Assembly: GCA_963842525.1 (NCBI GenBank)
Contig: CAWJGT010000034.1
Location: 640,001 to 704,000 of the forward strand
Length of the DNA stretch: 64,000 nucleotides
Direction: 5' to 3'
Source: an uncultured Holophagales bacterium
GTDB taxonomy: Bacteria > Acidobacteriota > Thermoanaerobaculia > Multivoradales > UBA5704
Position numbers and translations under genes: made by a program. Shown here in pieces: positions 9,576 through 20,907 of this stretch (positions within the stretch are counted from its first letter, which is position 1; every line of letters begins with the position of its first letter). The notes beneath the pieces were generated by a model, which saw only the letters and a list, made by a program, of their open reading frames with translations, was not told where the DNA came from and did not search any database.

Positions 9576-10826
9576 TCAGCCTCCTTCCTGGAGGGATTCC
9601 AGAGTCGACTCCAGAGTCGATTCCAAAATAAGCGCACAGCACTGGCCGTCCGCGGCGGCGGCATGGAGCAGGCCGAGGCGCGGCCTGCGGTGGAGCCGCC
9701 GCGTCTCTGCGGCAACACCGGCCAGCGGGAACCCTTCCTCGGGCGTCTCCAGGCCGAGGACGCCCGGCAGGGCGCCGTCGCCAAAGGTGCCGAGCAGGGC
9801 GACGGCCTGGAGGGCTCCCGAGGCGCCCGGCGCCTCGCCCAGCATGGCCTTGACGGCGGTGGCCGGACGCGCCGCGGCGCGGTCGCCGAGGGCGGCGGCC
9901 ACGCCGCGCGCCTCGCAGCGGTCACCCAGGACGCTGCCGTTCGCGGAGAGACTCAGGACGTCGAGGTCTTCCGCCGCGACCGCCGCGTCCTCCAGGGCGA
10001 GCCGGACCGCGCCGGCAACGGCCTCGGCGCGCTCCTCTTCGTCGCCGCCGGAGGCATCGAAGCCCATGCCGTGGCCCCGCACTTCGGCGAGCACCCGGGC
10101 ACCGCGCGCGGTCGCGGCCTCGGCGTCCTCCAGCATCAGGACGGCCGCGCCCTCGGCCAGCGCGAACCCGTCGCGCCGGGCGTCGAACGGCACCGGCACC
10201 CCGCCGAGCCGGCCGGCGCGCTGGAAGCCGAGGAACGATTCAAAACAAAGCTCCTCGGCGCCGCCGGCGAGCACGGCATCGGCCCGGCCGCTGCGGATCA
10301 GCTCCGCGGCATAGGCGAGGGCCATCAGCCCCGAGGCCTCGCCGCCCGCCACGGTGGAGTTGACGCCGCGCAGGCCGTGCCAGATCGCCGCCTGCCCGGC
10401 CGCGGCGTTGATGACGCTGTTGGCGAAGTCCATGGGGCTGGCGTAGGAGGGGCCGAGCTGCACGGCCCGGCGGTCGAACTCGGCGATCGTCCGCACGCTG
10501 CAGAACATCGTGCCGAGCACCAGGCCCACTTCCCTCTCGGCCCGCATTTCGGCGGTCCAGCCGCTGCTTTCGAGCGCCCGTTGGACAGCCACCAGCAGAA
10601 GCCGGGCCGTGCGGTCCACGGGCCGCAGGTTGCGGTCGCCCAGGTAGGCCTGGGGATCGAACGGCCGGACCTCTCCCCCGAGCCGCGGGCCCAGGCCGTC
10701 GAGCGCGAACAGCTCGATCGGCTTCAAGGCGCTCTGCTGCGCGCAGAGCGCGGCGTGCAGGCCTTCCGGCGTGTCGCCGAGCGGCGACAGGACCCCGGCC
10801 CCGGTGACGACGACGCGGCGGCTCAT
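9576..10826 (-). CDS. Beta-ketoacyl synthase homologue lacking catalytic residues (chain-length-factor-like)
   Basis: KAS fold motifs (RVVVTGAG, FDARRDGFALAEGA). The Cys position reads GGEASG, and the two His positions read SANGS and GEAPG. Confidence 0.85.
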   Translation of the reverse strand: MSRRVVVTGAGVLSPLGDTPEGLHAALCAQQSALKPIELFALDGLGPRLGGEVRPFDPQAYLGDRNLRPVDRTARLLLVAVQRALESSGWTAEMRAEREVGLVLGTMFCSVRTIAEFDRRAVQLGPSYASPMDFANSVINAAAGQAAIWHGLRGVNSTVAGGEASGLMALAYAAELIRSGRADAVLAGGAEELCFESFLGFQRAGRLGGVPVPFDARRDGFALAEGAAVLMLEDAEAATARGARVLAEVRGHGMGFDASGGDEEERAEAVAGAVRLALEDAAVAAEDLDVLSLSANGSVLGDRCEARGVAAALGDRAAARPATAVKAMLGEAPGASGALQAVALLGTFGDGALPGVLGLETPEEGFPLAGVAAETRRLHRRPRLGLLHAAAADGQCCALILESTLESTLESLQEGG

Positions 10827-12038
10827 GCAGCCTCGCTCCGCCGGAAGATCACCGAGGCGTTATTGCCGCCGAAGGCGTAGGCGTTGTTCATCGCCACCCG
10901 CACGTCATGCTCGCGGGCCGCGTTGGGGACGTAGTCGAGGTCCTCCTCGGGCTCCTCGAGGTTCATGGTCGGCGGGATGCGGCCGGTCGCGACCGCCAGC
11001 GAGCAGACGAACGCCTCGATGGCCGAGGCGGCTCCCATGGTGTGGCCGATCATCGACTTGACCGAGCTCATCGGCGTGCGGCAGCCGGAGCCGAAGACGC
11101 GGAGCACCGCCACGGTCTCCAGGCGGTCGTTGGTCGGCGTGCCCGTGCCATGGGCGCTGATGTAGTCGACGTCCGTGGGAGCCAGCCCGGCGTCGGACAG
11201 CGCGCGCTGCATGGCCCGCGCCGCACCGTCGCCCTCGGGGTGGGCCGCGGTCATGTGATGGGCGTCGCAGGAGAGGCCGTAGCCGGCCACCTCTGCATAG
11301 ACGCGGGCGCCGCGGGCCCGTGCCCGGTCGAGCGGCTCCAGGACCAGGACGCCCGCTCCTTCGCCCGGGATCATGCCTTTGCGGTTGCGGTCGAACGGCT
11401 GGCAGGTCTCGGGCGCGATGGCGCCGAGGCGGGCGAAACCGGCGTAGGTGATGCGCGAAAAAGCGTCGGCGCCGCCGGCGAGCATCACGTCCGCCCGTCC
11501 CGAGCGCAGCACGTCCAGGGCGTGGGCAATGGCGTAGTTGCCTGCCGCGCAGGCGGTCGGGATCATGGTGTTGACGCCGCCGAAACCGAGCTCCCGCGCC
11601 ACGTGCGCGGCAATCATGTGGCATGGATAGAGGCCGATGAACTCGCCGCCCACCTGATCGATCTCGCCGGCAAGGAAGCGGTCGTTGAAGCGCTCGACCT
11701 CGCGCGGCTCGCCCGAGGTCGTGCCCATGGCCACCCCCGCCCGCCGGGGGTTCAGTCTCTCCACGCCGAGGCCGGCGTCCTCCACGGCCTGCCGGGCGGC
11801 GGCGATGGCGAGCTGCGAGGCGCGGCCGAGCCGGTCCGGGTCGAGCCGGCGTACCGAGGGGCGCGGATCGAAGCCGCGCACCTCGGCGCCGAGGTGGACG
11901 CTGAACTTGGCGGTGTTCGAACGACTCGACCGGCGCGAAACCGCTCTTGCCGGCGAGAAGGTTCGCCCACGCCTCCTCACGCCCTGCGCCGACCGGAGTC
12001 ACGACGCCGAGGCCGGTCACGGCCACCCGGACCGTCAT
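10823..12038 (-). CDS. FabF-type beta-ketoacyl-ACP synthase (active KS); frameshift near 11920
   Basis: The N-terminus MTVRVAVTGLG is in one frame and the rest is in ORF 10823..11980. Catalytic TACAAG, HGTGT and GHTMG are all present. Confidence 0.9.
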
Positions 12039-12309
12039 GCCGGGGCGGCTCCCGTTGCGGCGGAGAGCTCGGCCAGGCGGCCCTGGACCAGCGCGACCAT
12101 CTGCGGCAGGCTCTCGATCTCCTTGTAGCGCTCGTCGGGCAGCTCGAGCTTGAAGGCGAGGTCGACGTCGACCCCGATCTCGAGCAGCGACAGGGAATCC
12201 AACCGGAGTCGTCGCGCAGGCTGGCCTCGTCCGGGATCCGCTGTGGATCGAGGCCGGCGATGTTGGAGATGATCTTCTTGATCCGGGCCGTGATCTCGGC
12301 TTTGTCCAT
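12035..12309 (-). CDS. Acyl carrier protein; frameshift near 12207
   Basis: MDKAEITARIKKIISNIAG...SLRDD joins LRLDSLSLLEIGVDVDLAFKLELPDE (Ppant Ser in LDSL). Strong RBS AGGAGG. Confidence 0.88.
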
Positions 12310-12325
12310 TCCATCCTCCTAAACT

Positions 12326-12378
12326 GCGATTCATCTGTAAAAACATCAACCCCAAGACATTGACTACAGGCGATTCAT
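12326..12378. promoter_or_regulatory. 9-bp direct repeat GCGATTCAT x2 in the AT-richer spacer upstream of ACP (possible regulator site)
   Basis: GCGATTCAT at 12326-12334 and 12370-12378, 44 bp apart, in the only sizeable intergenic gap of the locus. Confidence 0.35.
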
Positions 12379-12453
12379 AGCCATCCGGCGTTACATCCCT
12401 CCTCGGCCTCAGAACCGGTAGGTCGACAGGCAAAGGCAGGCGTGGAGGGCCCC

Positions 12454-12941
12454 TCAGCCGATCCGCTCCGGCCATAGGCGCGCGAGGAGGGGGAGGAAGC
12501 TCGGGCCGGGCACGCCGGCGCCCTCTTCCCGCACCTCGGGCGCTACAAGGCCTTCCAGCAGGCTCAGCACGTCCCAGCTCACCCACCCCTCGACGATCTT
12601 GCCGTCCTCGATGCGCAGCACGTCGACGCCCGACGTCGAGGCCTCGCGGCCGGTGGGCGGCAGGCCGAGGAGGTCCCCCGTGTTGCGCCCGCGGGCGCTC
12701 CAGCGCACCACCACCATGTCGGCCTCGGCGATGATCTGCTCGGCGGTGACCCGGACCTCGCTGAAGGCCAGATGGTAGAAAAGCACGAGCTGGCCGAGCG
12801 CCTCCGGGCCGCGCGCGAAGTCGGTCTGGAACGGCACGCGCGCGTGGATCAGGCAGTCGCGGTGCAGGATCTCGTCGGCGATCGACAGGTCGCCGGAGTT
12901 CCACAAGTCTTCGCGGAATCGGCGGGCGATCGCCTTTTGGC

Positions 12942-12945
<4 letters not shown>
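12454..12945 (-). CDS. SnoaL-like ester cyclase (NTF2 fold)
   Basis: MSQKAIARRF...EQIIAEADMVVVRWSARGRNTGDLLGLPPTGR...RIEDGKIVEGW. Confidence 0.85.
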
Positions 12946-14657
<1,712 letters not shown>

Positions 14658-14664
14658 GGGCGGA

Positions 14665-17536
14665 TCAACCTCCGGCGATGGTCGCCTGCTCGGGGCTCTT
14701 GGTCCCGGCGGGCTTCGTGATGCGGTCGAGCGGCACGCTCTCGTGCTCGTGAATCTGCTGCCGCTCATTGTTGTCCTCGGGGCTGACCATCCGGCGCTTG
14801 GCGGTGATGGCCTGCGACGCCTCCTCGGCCTTGAAGCGGCGGAAAAGCTTCTCCGCCCGCTCGGCCTTCTCCGTGTTGCCCAGGGCGCGCCAGCAGAGCA
14901 TGGCCGTGTAGTGCATCTGCACGTCCTCGGGATCGACCAAGCAGACCCGGTCGAGCGCCTGCAGGGCCTCCTTGTACTGGCGCTTCAGGAACAGGACGCG
15001 GGCGATCTGGTTGAGCACCACGCGGTCGCGCGGGTACTTCGCCTCGACCGTGCGCAGCGAGCGGAGGGCCGCGTCGTAGTCGCCCTAGGCCTTCTCGATC
15101 ATGGCCTTGAAGAAGTGGATGCGGCCGAGGCTAGAATCGATCGCCAGCGCCTTCTGGATGTACGGCCGGGCCGCGTCGACCTGGCCCTCGCGGATGAGGG
15201 CGCGGGCCACGTTGAGCCAGCCGTCGGCGTACTTGGGATCGGCCTGGGTGACCCGCTGGAAGGCGTATTCGGCCCCCTTCAGGTCGCCCTGCAGCAGCAG
15301 GCCGATCCCCCAGTCGTTCCAGCGCTCCCAGTCCTCCTTGACGACCACCGGCTTCCACACCGCACCGTCCTCCCCCAGCTCGAGCTTGGCCTCGTCCGTG
15401 GCGAGGACGATGATCGGCAGGTCCGGGATCTCACCCTTGAGCTGGCCCGAGACGTTGGCCGGGACGTTCGCTTTGTCGAACGAGTAGTCGAGGCTGTTGT
15501 GGTGGGCGGAGACGAGCTCCGGCCCCTGCCCCGCCTTCGGCTGGCCGGCATAGGCGAACTGCGTGTAGTAGTGGGCGAACTTGCGGTAGTTGAGCTTCGC
15601 CGTCAGGGTGATCGGCCCGCGGGCGCCCTCCGGGACCTTCATCCGGAAGTGGACCGTGTCGGCCGCGCCGGGCGGGATCAGGCGGGCGTAGAGCGCGCTG
15701 CGCGCCTGCCAGGCGTTCCGCTTGTTGATCGGGTTGCCCTCGGCGTCGAGCGCCAGCGACTGATACCGGTGGGCTCCCGCCTCGACGGGGCCCGACCGCC
15801 CGTTCCCCTCGTCCTCGACCATGCCGCTCCAGTAGACGACCTTGCCGTCCGCGTCGCGCCCCTGGAGCTCCAGCCAGACGTCGAAGGCGTCCACCGTGCC
15901 GCCTGGGAAGAAGTGGCCGATGGCGCGCGTGCGCACGACCACGTCGACGCGCACGGTGGAGCCGGGCGGCAGCTTGAGGCCGGCCCGGTCGATCGGCGCC
16001 GCGACCTGGCCGACCTCCCGGATCACAACGGGTCCTCCCTGCTCGGCCTCCTCGCCCACCGCGAAGGTGGACATGACCTGCGGCCCGGTGCTCGCCGGGG
16101 CTGCCCGCCGCACCATGGCCGTCTCCCGTTCGCTCTCCACCACCGGCGAGACGGCGAAGATGTCGACCGTGATGAAGCCCGACTGGAGGAACTTCTTCGT
16201 GACCTCCATCTGCGTCTCGTCGCGGTTGACGAACGGCAGGGCCGTGTTGGCCGCCGGGAAGCGGTGCGAGTGGACCTTGCCGCCGCGGTTGCCGGGGTCG
16301 TTCGATGCCACCAGCGGCATGTGGCAGCCGGCGCAGGTCTTGGTCTCCGCCGGGTAGTAGAACGAGCGCGCGCCCTGTCCCGAGACGCCGCTCGCCTGCC
16401 AGTTGTCATAGTCGTTGAAGCCGCGGAACCAGCGGTAGGAGTTCACCGGCACGTCGAGGTGCACCTTGTGGCAGGAGGCGCAGAACTCGGCCGAGTCCTG
16501 CCGCATGAACGGCTTCATGAATGTATTCCGGTGCGGCTCCGGGTCGGTGTATGTGAGGAAACGGTCGACCCTCCGGATGAACGGGTTCTTGCTCGTCGCC
16601 AGCTCGTGGAGCGGCGGGTATTCGATCGTGAAGTCGCCGTTGCCCATCGAGCTGCCGACGTGCGTGATGGCATGGCACGAGGTGCAGGCCAGGCCCGCAT
16701 GCGCCTCCGGCGTGTCGATCTGCTCCTTGATCGGCCGCTCGAAACGGCCGTTGAAGAACACCGCGTGGTCGTGGCAGCCGGCGCACCACTTGGTCGGCTC
16801 CGTCCCCACCACGTCCTGCATGTACTCGATCGACTTTCTGTAGAACTGGTTGTTGAACGAGCCGAAATGGTGTGCCGAGCTGTTCCACTGCTCGTAGATG
16901 TCCTTGTGGCACTCGCCGCAGGTCTGCGAATCCATGAAGAAGTTGGACGGGATGATGCCCGCCCACGTTGGTCTTCGCCGAGGAGGGGAAGAACGGCGAC
17001 TGCGGGCCGCCGCCCTCCTCGGACATGGAGGTCGGGACGATCAGCGGGTTCTTGATGCGGTGGCTCGGGTTCGGATTGGCCTTCCGGTAGAGCGCCATGC
17101 CCCCGGGCAGCAGCACCAGCAGGGCCGCGCACGCAACGAAGGCGTTGCGGAGCCGCAGCCAGCCGCCCCCGCGCTCCGCCGCCTTGCGCCAGGCCCACGG
17201 GACGAGGGCCAGGGCCCCGAGACCGGCGGTGGCGATGTGGGTCCAGAGGAGCCACCGGTTCTGGAAGATGTTGCCCGCCCAGGTCAGCCACAGCCCGGCG
17301 AGCAGGGACAGGAGGAAGAGGGCCGCCGCAGGCGCGAGGCCGCGGACCCAATCCTCTCCCCGGTGCCGGACGAGCAGGACCGCCAGGCACACGGCCACGG
17401 CGAGGCCGAGCCCGAGGTGCAGCAGCACATTGGACATGTAGAAAACGGTCGGCGAGGCGAACGCCGCCAGATAGGCGGTGTTCACCAGCAGCACCAGGAA
17501 GAGCGCCGCGGTCCACGTTGCGAGCTTGCTTTTCAT
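14665..17536 (-). CDS. Membrane-anchored multiheme cytochrome c (5 CxxCH) with C-terminal TPRs; frameshift near 16960 and in-frame TAG at 15085-15087
   Basis: About five hydrophobic N-terminal helices (ORF 16406..17536). CGECH, CAGCH, CTSCH, CASCH and CAGCH lie in ORF 15085..16935. TPR helices continue in the same frame past the TAG (A*GDYDAALRS) into ORF 14665..15021. Confidence 0.82.
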
Positions 17537-20500
17537 GGGTTTGGTGCCTCCTCACGCAGAGGGTGCAGGAGCCGGAGGGCGGGCCGGGTGTTGTAGTGCT
17601 CCCGGTAGAGCCTGTGCAGCTCGCCGTCGGGGAAGCTCTCGCCCTCTGGATACGGGTATTGGGACATGCCGTGGAACGGCAGGGGCTCGACGGTCTGGGA
17701 GAAGGCGGTGTTGGCATCGCCGTCCTTGGCCCAGCCGTCCACGAAGAGCAGGAAGTCGCGCCGCCAGCCTTCCGGCAGGGGCGGCAGGGCGCCGGCGTCG
17801 AAGAGCAGGCGGATCTCGTCGCCCGAGCCCATGACGACCAGCCGGTCGTCGATCACGTCGAGCAGCTCCCGGACGTCGCCGTAGCGGGTGTAGAGCCCCG
17901 GCGTCGGGTTCCACATCGAGACCGGCATCCAGCTCTGGTAGTCGAACTGCTCCGGCTGCTTGCGCTCGGGGTGGACGACGGGACGCGAGAAGCCGCGGTA
18001 GCGCAGAGAGGCCGTGGCGGGCGCGAGCCCGGTGAGGACCGCCTCGGGCTCTCCGGTCTCTTCGGCAAGATAGATCTCGTCCCAATAGACGCAGAGGCTG
18101 GTCTCGATCCGCACCTCGCGCGAGGCGGAGAGGAACTTGCCCGTGAGGTCGACGACGATGGTCTTCGGCTTGCCGGCGGGGATGCCCATGTCCTCGATCA
18201 CCGTCTGCCAGCGGCCCTGCGCGTCCTTCACCTGGATGCTCGGGAAGACCAGGCCGGCACTCGATCCGGACACTGACTCCTGCGCCGCGCCGAGGAAGGT
18301 CGAGCCGTCGGCCCAATCCACCCAGCCGGAGAGGACCAGGATCGCCTGGTTGTCCGCCGCCGCGGCTTTCCCGAAATCGAGCTCCACGGCATGCAGCTCG
18401 GCGATCCCGGAGGAGGTCCGCCGGAAGCCGTCCGGGTAGGTGCGGTCGGTCGCCAGCAGGCGCGGCAGCACGTCGCGTCCGCGGTGGTCGCGGGCGCGCA
18501 CCGGATGGATCCGCTTCTCCACCCCGAACAGGCGGAAGTCGGGGAAGGGCGGCGCCTTGAACTTGTCGTTCGTCAGCACTTCGATCCTCTCCGGATGGTC
18601 GACCGCGATCAGGTGGACCTGATCCAGGAAGGCGACCTCGCGCAGCTCCTCGGTGATCCGGATCTCATACCTGCCGGGGTCTGATGCCAGCGGTTTCAGC
18701 GACTCGCCGCGGATCTGCACGATTTCGTCGTGGTCCACCGGAAAATAGGTGCCGTCGCCCGCGCTCGCTCCGAGCGGCGCCACGCCCAGCACATCGGTGA
18801 TGAACTCGAATTCGCGGCCGTTCCACGTGAAGATCATAGGACAAGAGCCGGACAAGCGGGGCGCCTCCTTGTAAGCTCGTGCGCCCGCGGCCTGCCGCGT
18901 CTCGTTCTGGATCAGCCCGTTCGGCCAGGTGATGCGGACCGTGTCGGCCTCCGTGCGGTCGCCCAGCCCGAAGAGGAGCGGCACGCCGCCATAGGTCTTC
19001 TTCTGGTAGCTGGAGCCGGACTTGACCTCCACCTCCGCCCCTGGGGCGAGCTTCAGGTTCTTGACCCCCTCGAGGCTCACGGAGAGCCACCGGCCACCGG
19101 CCGGGGTGGCATTGCGCAGCCGCCGCAGGACGCCGTCCCGGCCCACTGCCGCGAGGTCGGTCCGCCCGTCGCCGTCGAAGTCCGCGGCGGCGAGGGAGGT
19201 GGCCGGGAACCCCGTTCCGTCCACGTTCACGAGGCCGCTCGCGCCGCGGTTGTCGAGGTCGGCGAAGACCAGAGGGCCCGTGGCGGTCAGGCCGGCTCCC
19301 TTCTCCAGCCTTCCCCGCAGGCTCCGTCCGTTGCGGAGCAGGCCATCGGACACCACGAGGTCGGTCCAGCCGTCCTGGTCGGCGTCGAACGCGGCGAGGG
19401 TCCTCTCCCCCGCCGGCAGGAGGTCGAGCGGCTCGGCCTCGTACAGCCCGCCGAGGCGGTCGCGGTAGAGGACGCCGGTACGGTCCGCATAGGCCACGGC
19501 CAGGTCCATCCCCTGGGTGTCGGCGACCAGGTTGAACACCACTCCGGCGACCGCGCGGCCGGGCACGAAGGGGAAGCGGGCCGTCTCGTCGCTCCAGCCG
19601 GCAGGACCCTGATTGCGGACCAGGGCGGGCTTGTCCCCGAGCAGGACCAGGTCGGCGTCGTAGTCGTGGTCGTAGTCGAGCCAGAGGGCCTGGCGGAAGC
19701 TCCCGGCCGGCAGGGTCGCAGCGACCTTCTCGAACCGCCCTTTCGCGTTCCGGTAGAGGGTCAGGCCCGGAGCCAGGACGGCGAGGTCGGCGAGGCCGTC
19801 GTTGTCGAAATCGCCGGGCTCGATGGCCGTGACGCCGCGCAGCTCTTCGAGGCCGGTCGTCGCGACGCGAGAGGTGCCGTCCTTGAACAGCAGGGCGCCC
19901 TTGCTGGACCAGGCGAGGAGGTCCGGACGGCCGTCACTGTCCGCGTCCAGCACCGCCAGGCCCGCGGTCGCCGGATCGAGGCCGGTGGCGAGCTCGGTAG
20001 GGTCGAGCTTCAAGGATGCCGGCAGAATACCGGAGCCAAGGGCGCTCCCAGCGGCGGGTTCAACTTCGTCGAGGATCTCCGAGAACCAGCTCCACTCCAG
20101 GTCCTCGGGCACGGCCGCGCCCTCCTGGCTCGCCTTGATCTGCTTGAAGGTGTCGAGCTCGCGCTGGGCCTCCTCGGTCCGGCCGGCCTGGCGGTAGGCG
20201 TTGTAGAGCTGGAAATGGGGCCCGGCGAGGCGCGGCCCGAGGCGCATGGCCTCCTCGAAGTGCTTCAGGGAGAGGTCGGGCTTGCCGGTCAGCTTGTAAA
20301 GCGTGCCCAGGTTGTAGTGCGAGACCGGCTCGTCAGGGACGAGCTGCACCATTTTCTCGAGCTGGGCGATGGCCTTGTCGTACTGCGACTCCCGCTTGTA
20401 GACGATCCCCAGGTTGAACCAGGTGTGGGGGATCTGCGGCGCCTGCTCCTGGACCTTCGCGAGCTCGGCCACCCCCTCGGCCGCCTTGCCGGCCTTGAGC

Positions 20501-20907
20501 AGGGCGAGACCGTAGTTGAGGCGCTCGCGCGGCGAGCCCGGCGCCAGGTCCAGGGCCTTGCGGAATTCCTCCACGGCCTCGTACTGGGTGGTCGGATTTT
20601 CGTAGAACGCCTTGCCGAGGTTGCGGTGATGCCAGAGGAGGTCGTCCTTCGGCGCCGGGGCAGGCTGCTGGGAGAGTGCCGGGAACGCGAGGACGAGCAG
20701 GAGAGCGATCTTTCTCCCCCTTGCTCCTGTCGCGCCGCGCCCTCGCCCAGGGTTCACACCCTGGGCTACCAAATGTCGCCCTCCGGGCTCGGGAGAGCCG
20801 AGGTCTTCAGAGCCCGGAGGGCGGAACTGGGTAGCCCCGGGTGCCAACCCGGGGTGAGCGGGCGTCTCCCAGGCGGCCAAGTTAACGCCGGGGGGTGAGG
20901 ACCTCAC
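17533..20907 (-). CDS. Secreted TPR + FG-GAP + ASPIC/UnbV-like protein with a large C-terminal domain
   Basis: Signal-like KIALLLVLAFPALSQ, several TPRs, FG-GAP repeats, FGLG...ITWPNG, then the SGSCPMIFTWNG domain. GTG 20907 overlaps the upstream stop. Confidence 0.82.
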   Translation of the reverse strand: MRSSPPGVNLAAWETPAHPGLAPGATQFRPPGSEDLGSPEPGGRHLVAQGVNPGRGRGATGARGRKIALLLVLAFPALSQQPAPAPKDDLLWHHRNLGKAFYENPTTQYEAVEEFRKALDLAPGSPRERLNYGLALLKAGKAAEGVAELAKVQEQAPQIPHTWFNLGIVYKRESQYDKAIAQLEKMVQLVPDEPVSHYNLGTLYKLTGKPDLSLKHFEEAMRLGPRLAGPHFQLYNAYRQAGRTEEAQRELDTFKQIKASQEGAAVPEDLEWSWFSEILDEVEPAAGSALGSGILPASLKLDPTELATGLDPATAGLAVLDADSDGRPDLLAWSSKGALLFKDGTSRVATTGLEELRGVTAIEPGDFDNDGLADLAVLAPGLTLYRNAKGRFEKVAATLPAGSFRQALWLDYDHDYDADLVLLGDKPALVRNQGPAGWSDETARFPFVPGRAVAGVVFNLVADTQGMDLAVAYADRTGVLYRDRLGGLYEAEPLDLLPAGERTLAAFDADQDGWTDLVVSDGLLRNGRSLRGRLEKGAGLTATGPLVFADLDNRGASGLVNVDGTGFPATSLAAADFDGDGRTDLAAVGRDGVLRRLRNATPAGGRWLSVSLEGVKNLKLAPGAEVEVKSGSSYQKKTYGGVPLLFGLGDRTEADTVRITWPNGLIQNETRQAAGARAYKEAPRLSGSCPMIFTWNGREFEFITDVLGVAPLGASAGDGTYFPVDHDEIVQIRGESLKPLASDPGRYEIRITEELREVAFLDQVHLIAVDHPERIEVLTNDKFKAPPFPDFRLFGVEKRIHPVRARDHRGRDVLPRLLATDRTYPDGFRRTSSGIAELHAVELDFGKAAAADNQAILVLSGWVDWADGSTFLGAAQESVSGSSAGLVFPSIQVKDAQGRWQTVIEDMGIPAGKPKTIVVDLTGKFLSASREVRIETSLCVYWDEIYLAEETGEPEAVLTGLAPATASLRYRGFSRPVVHPERKQPEQFDYQSWMPVSMWNPTPGLYTRYGDVRELLDVIDDRLVVMGSGDEIRLLFDAGALPPLPEGWRRDFLLFVDGWAKDGDANTAFSQTVEPLPFHGMSQYPYPEGESFPDGELHRLYREHYNTRPALRLLHPLREEAPNP
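20745..20903. repeat. REP-like hairpin cluster (two inverted GTAG-CCC hairpins plus a CCTCACCCCC fragment) within the 5' coding region
   Basis: cccagggttcacaccctgggctac and gtagccccgggtgccaacccgggg, flanking cgccctccgggctc/gagcccggagggcg arms. gggggtgagg lies at about 20891-20900. Confidence 0.7.

Noticed and set aside
9594-9626. 12-bp tandem repeat encoding LESTLESTLES
   Set aside because: Short slippage duplication in a C-terminal tail with no evident function.
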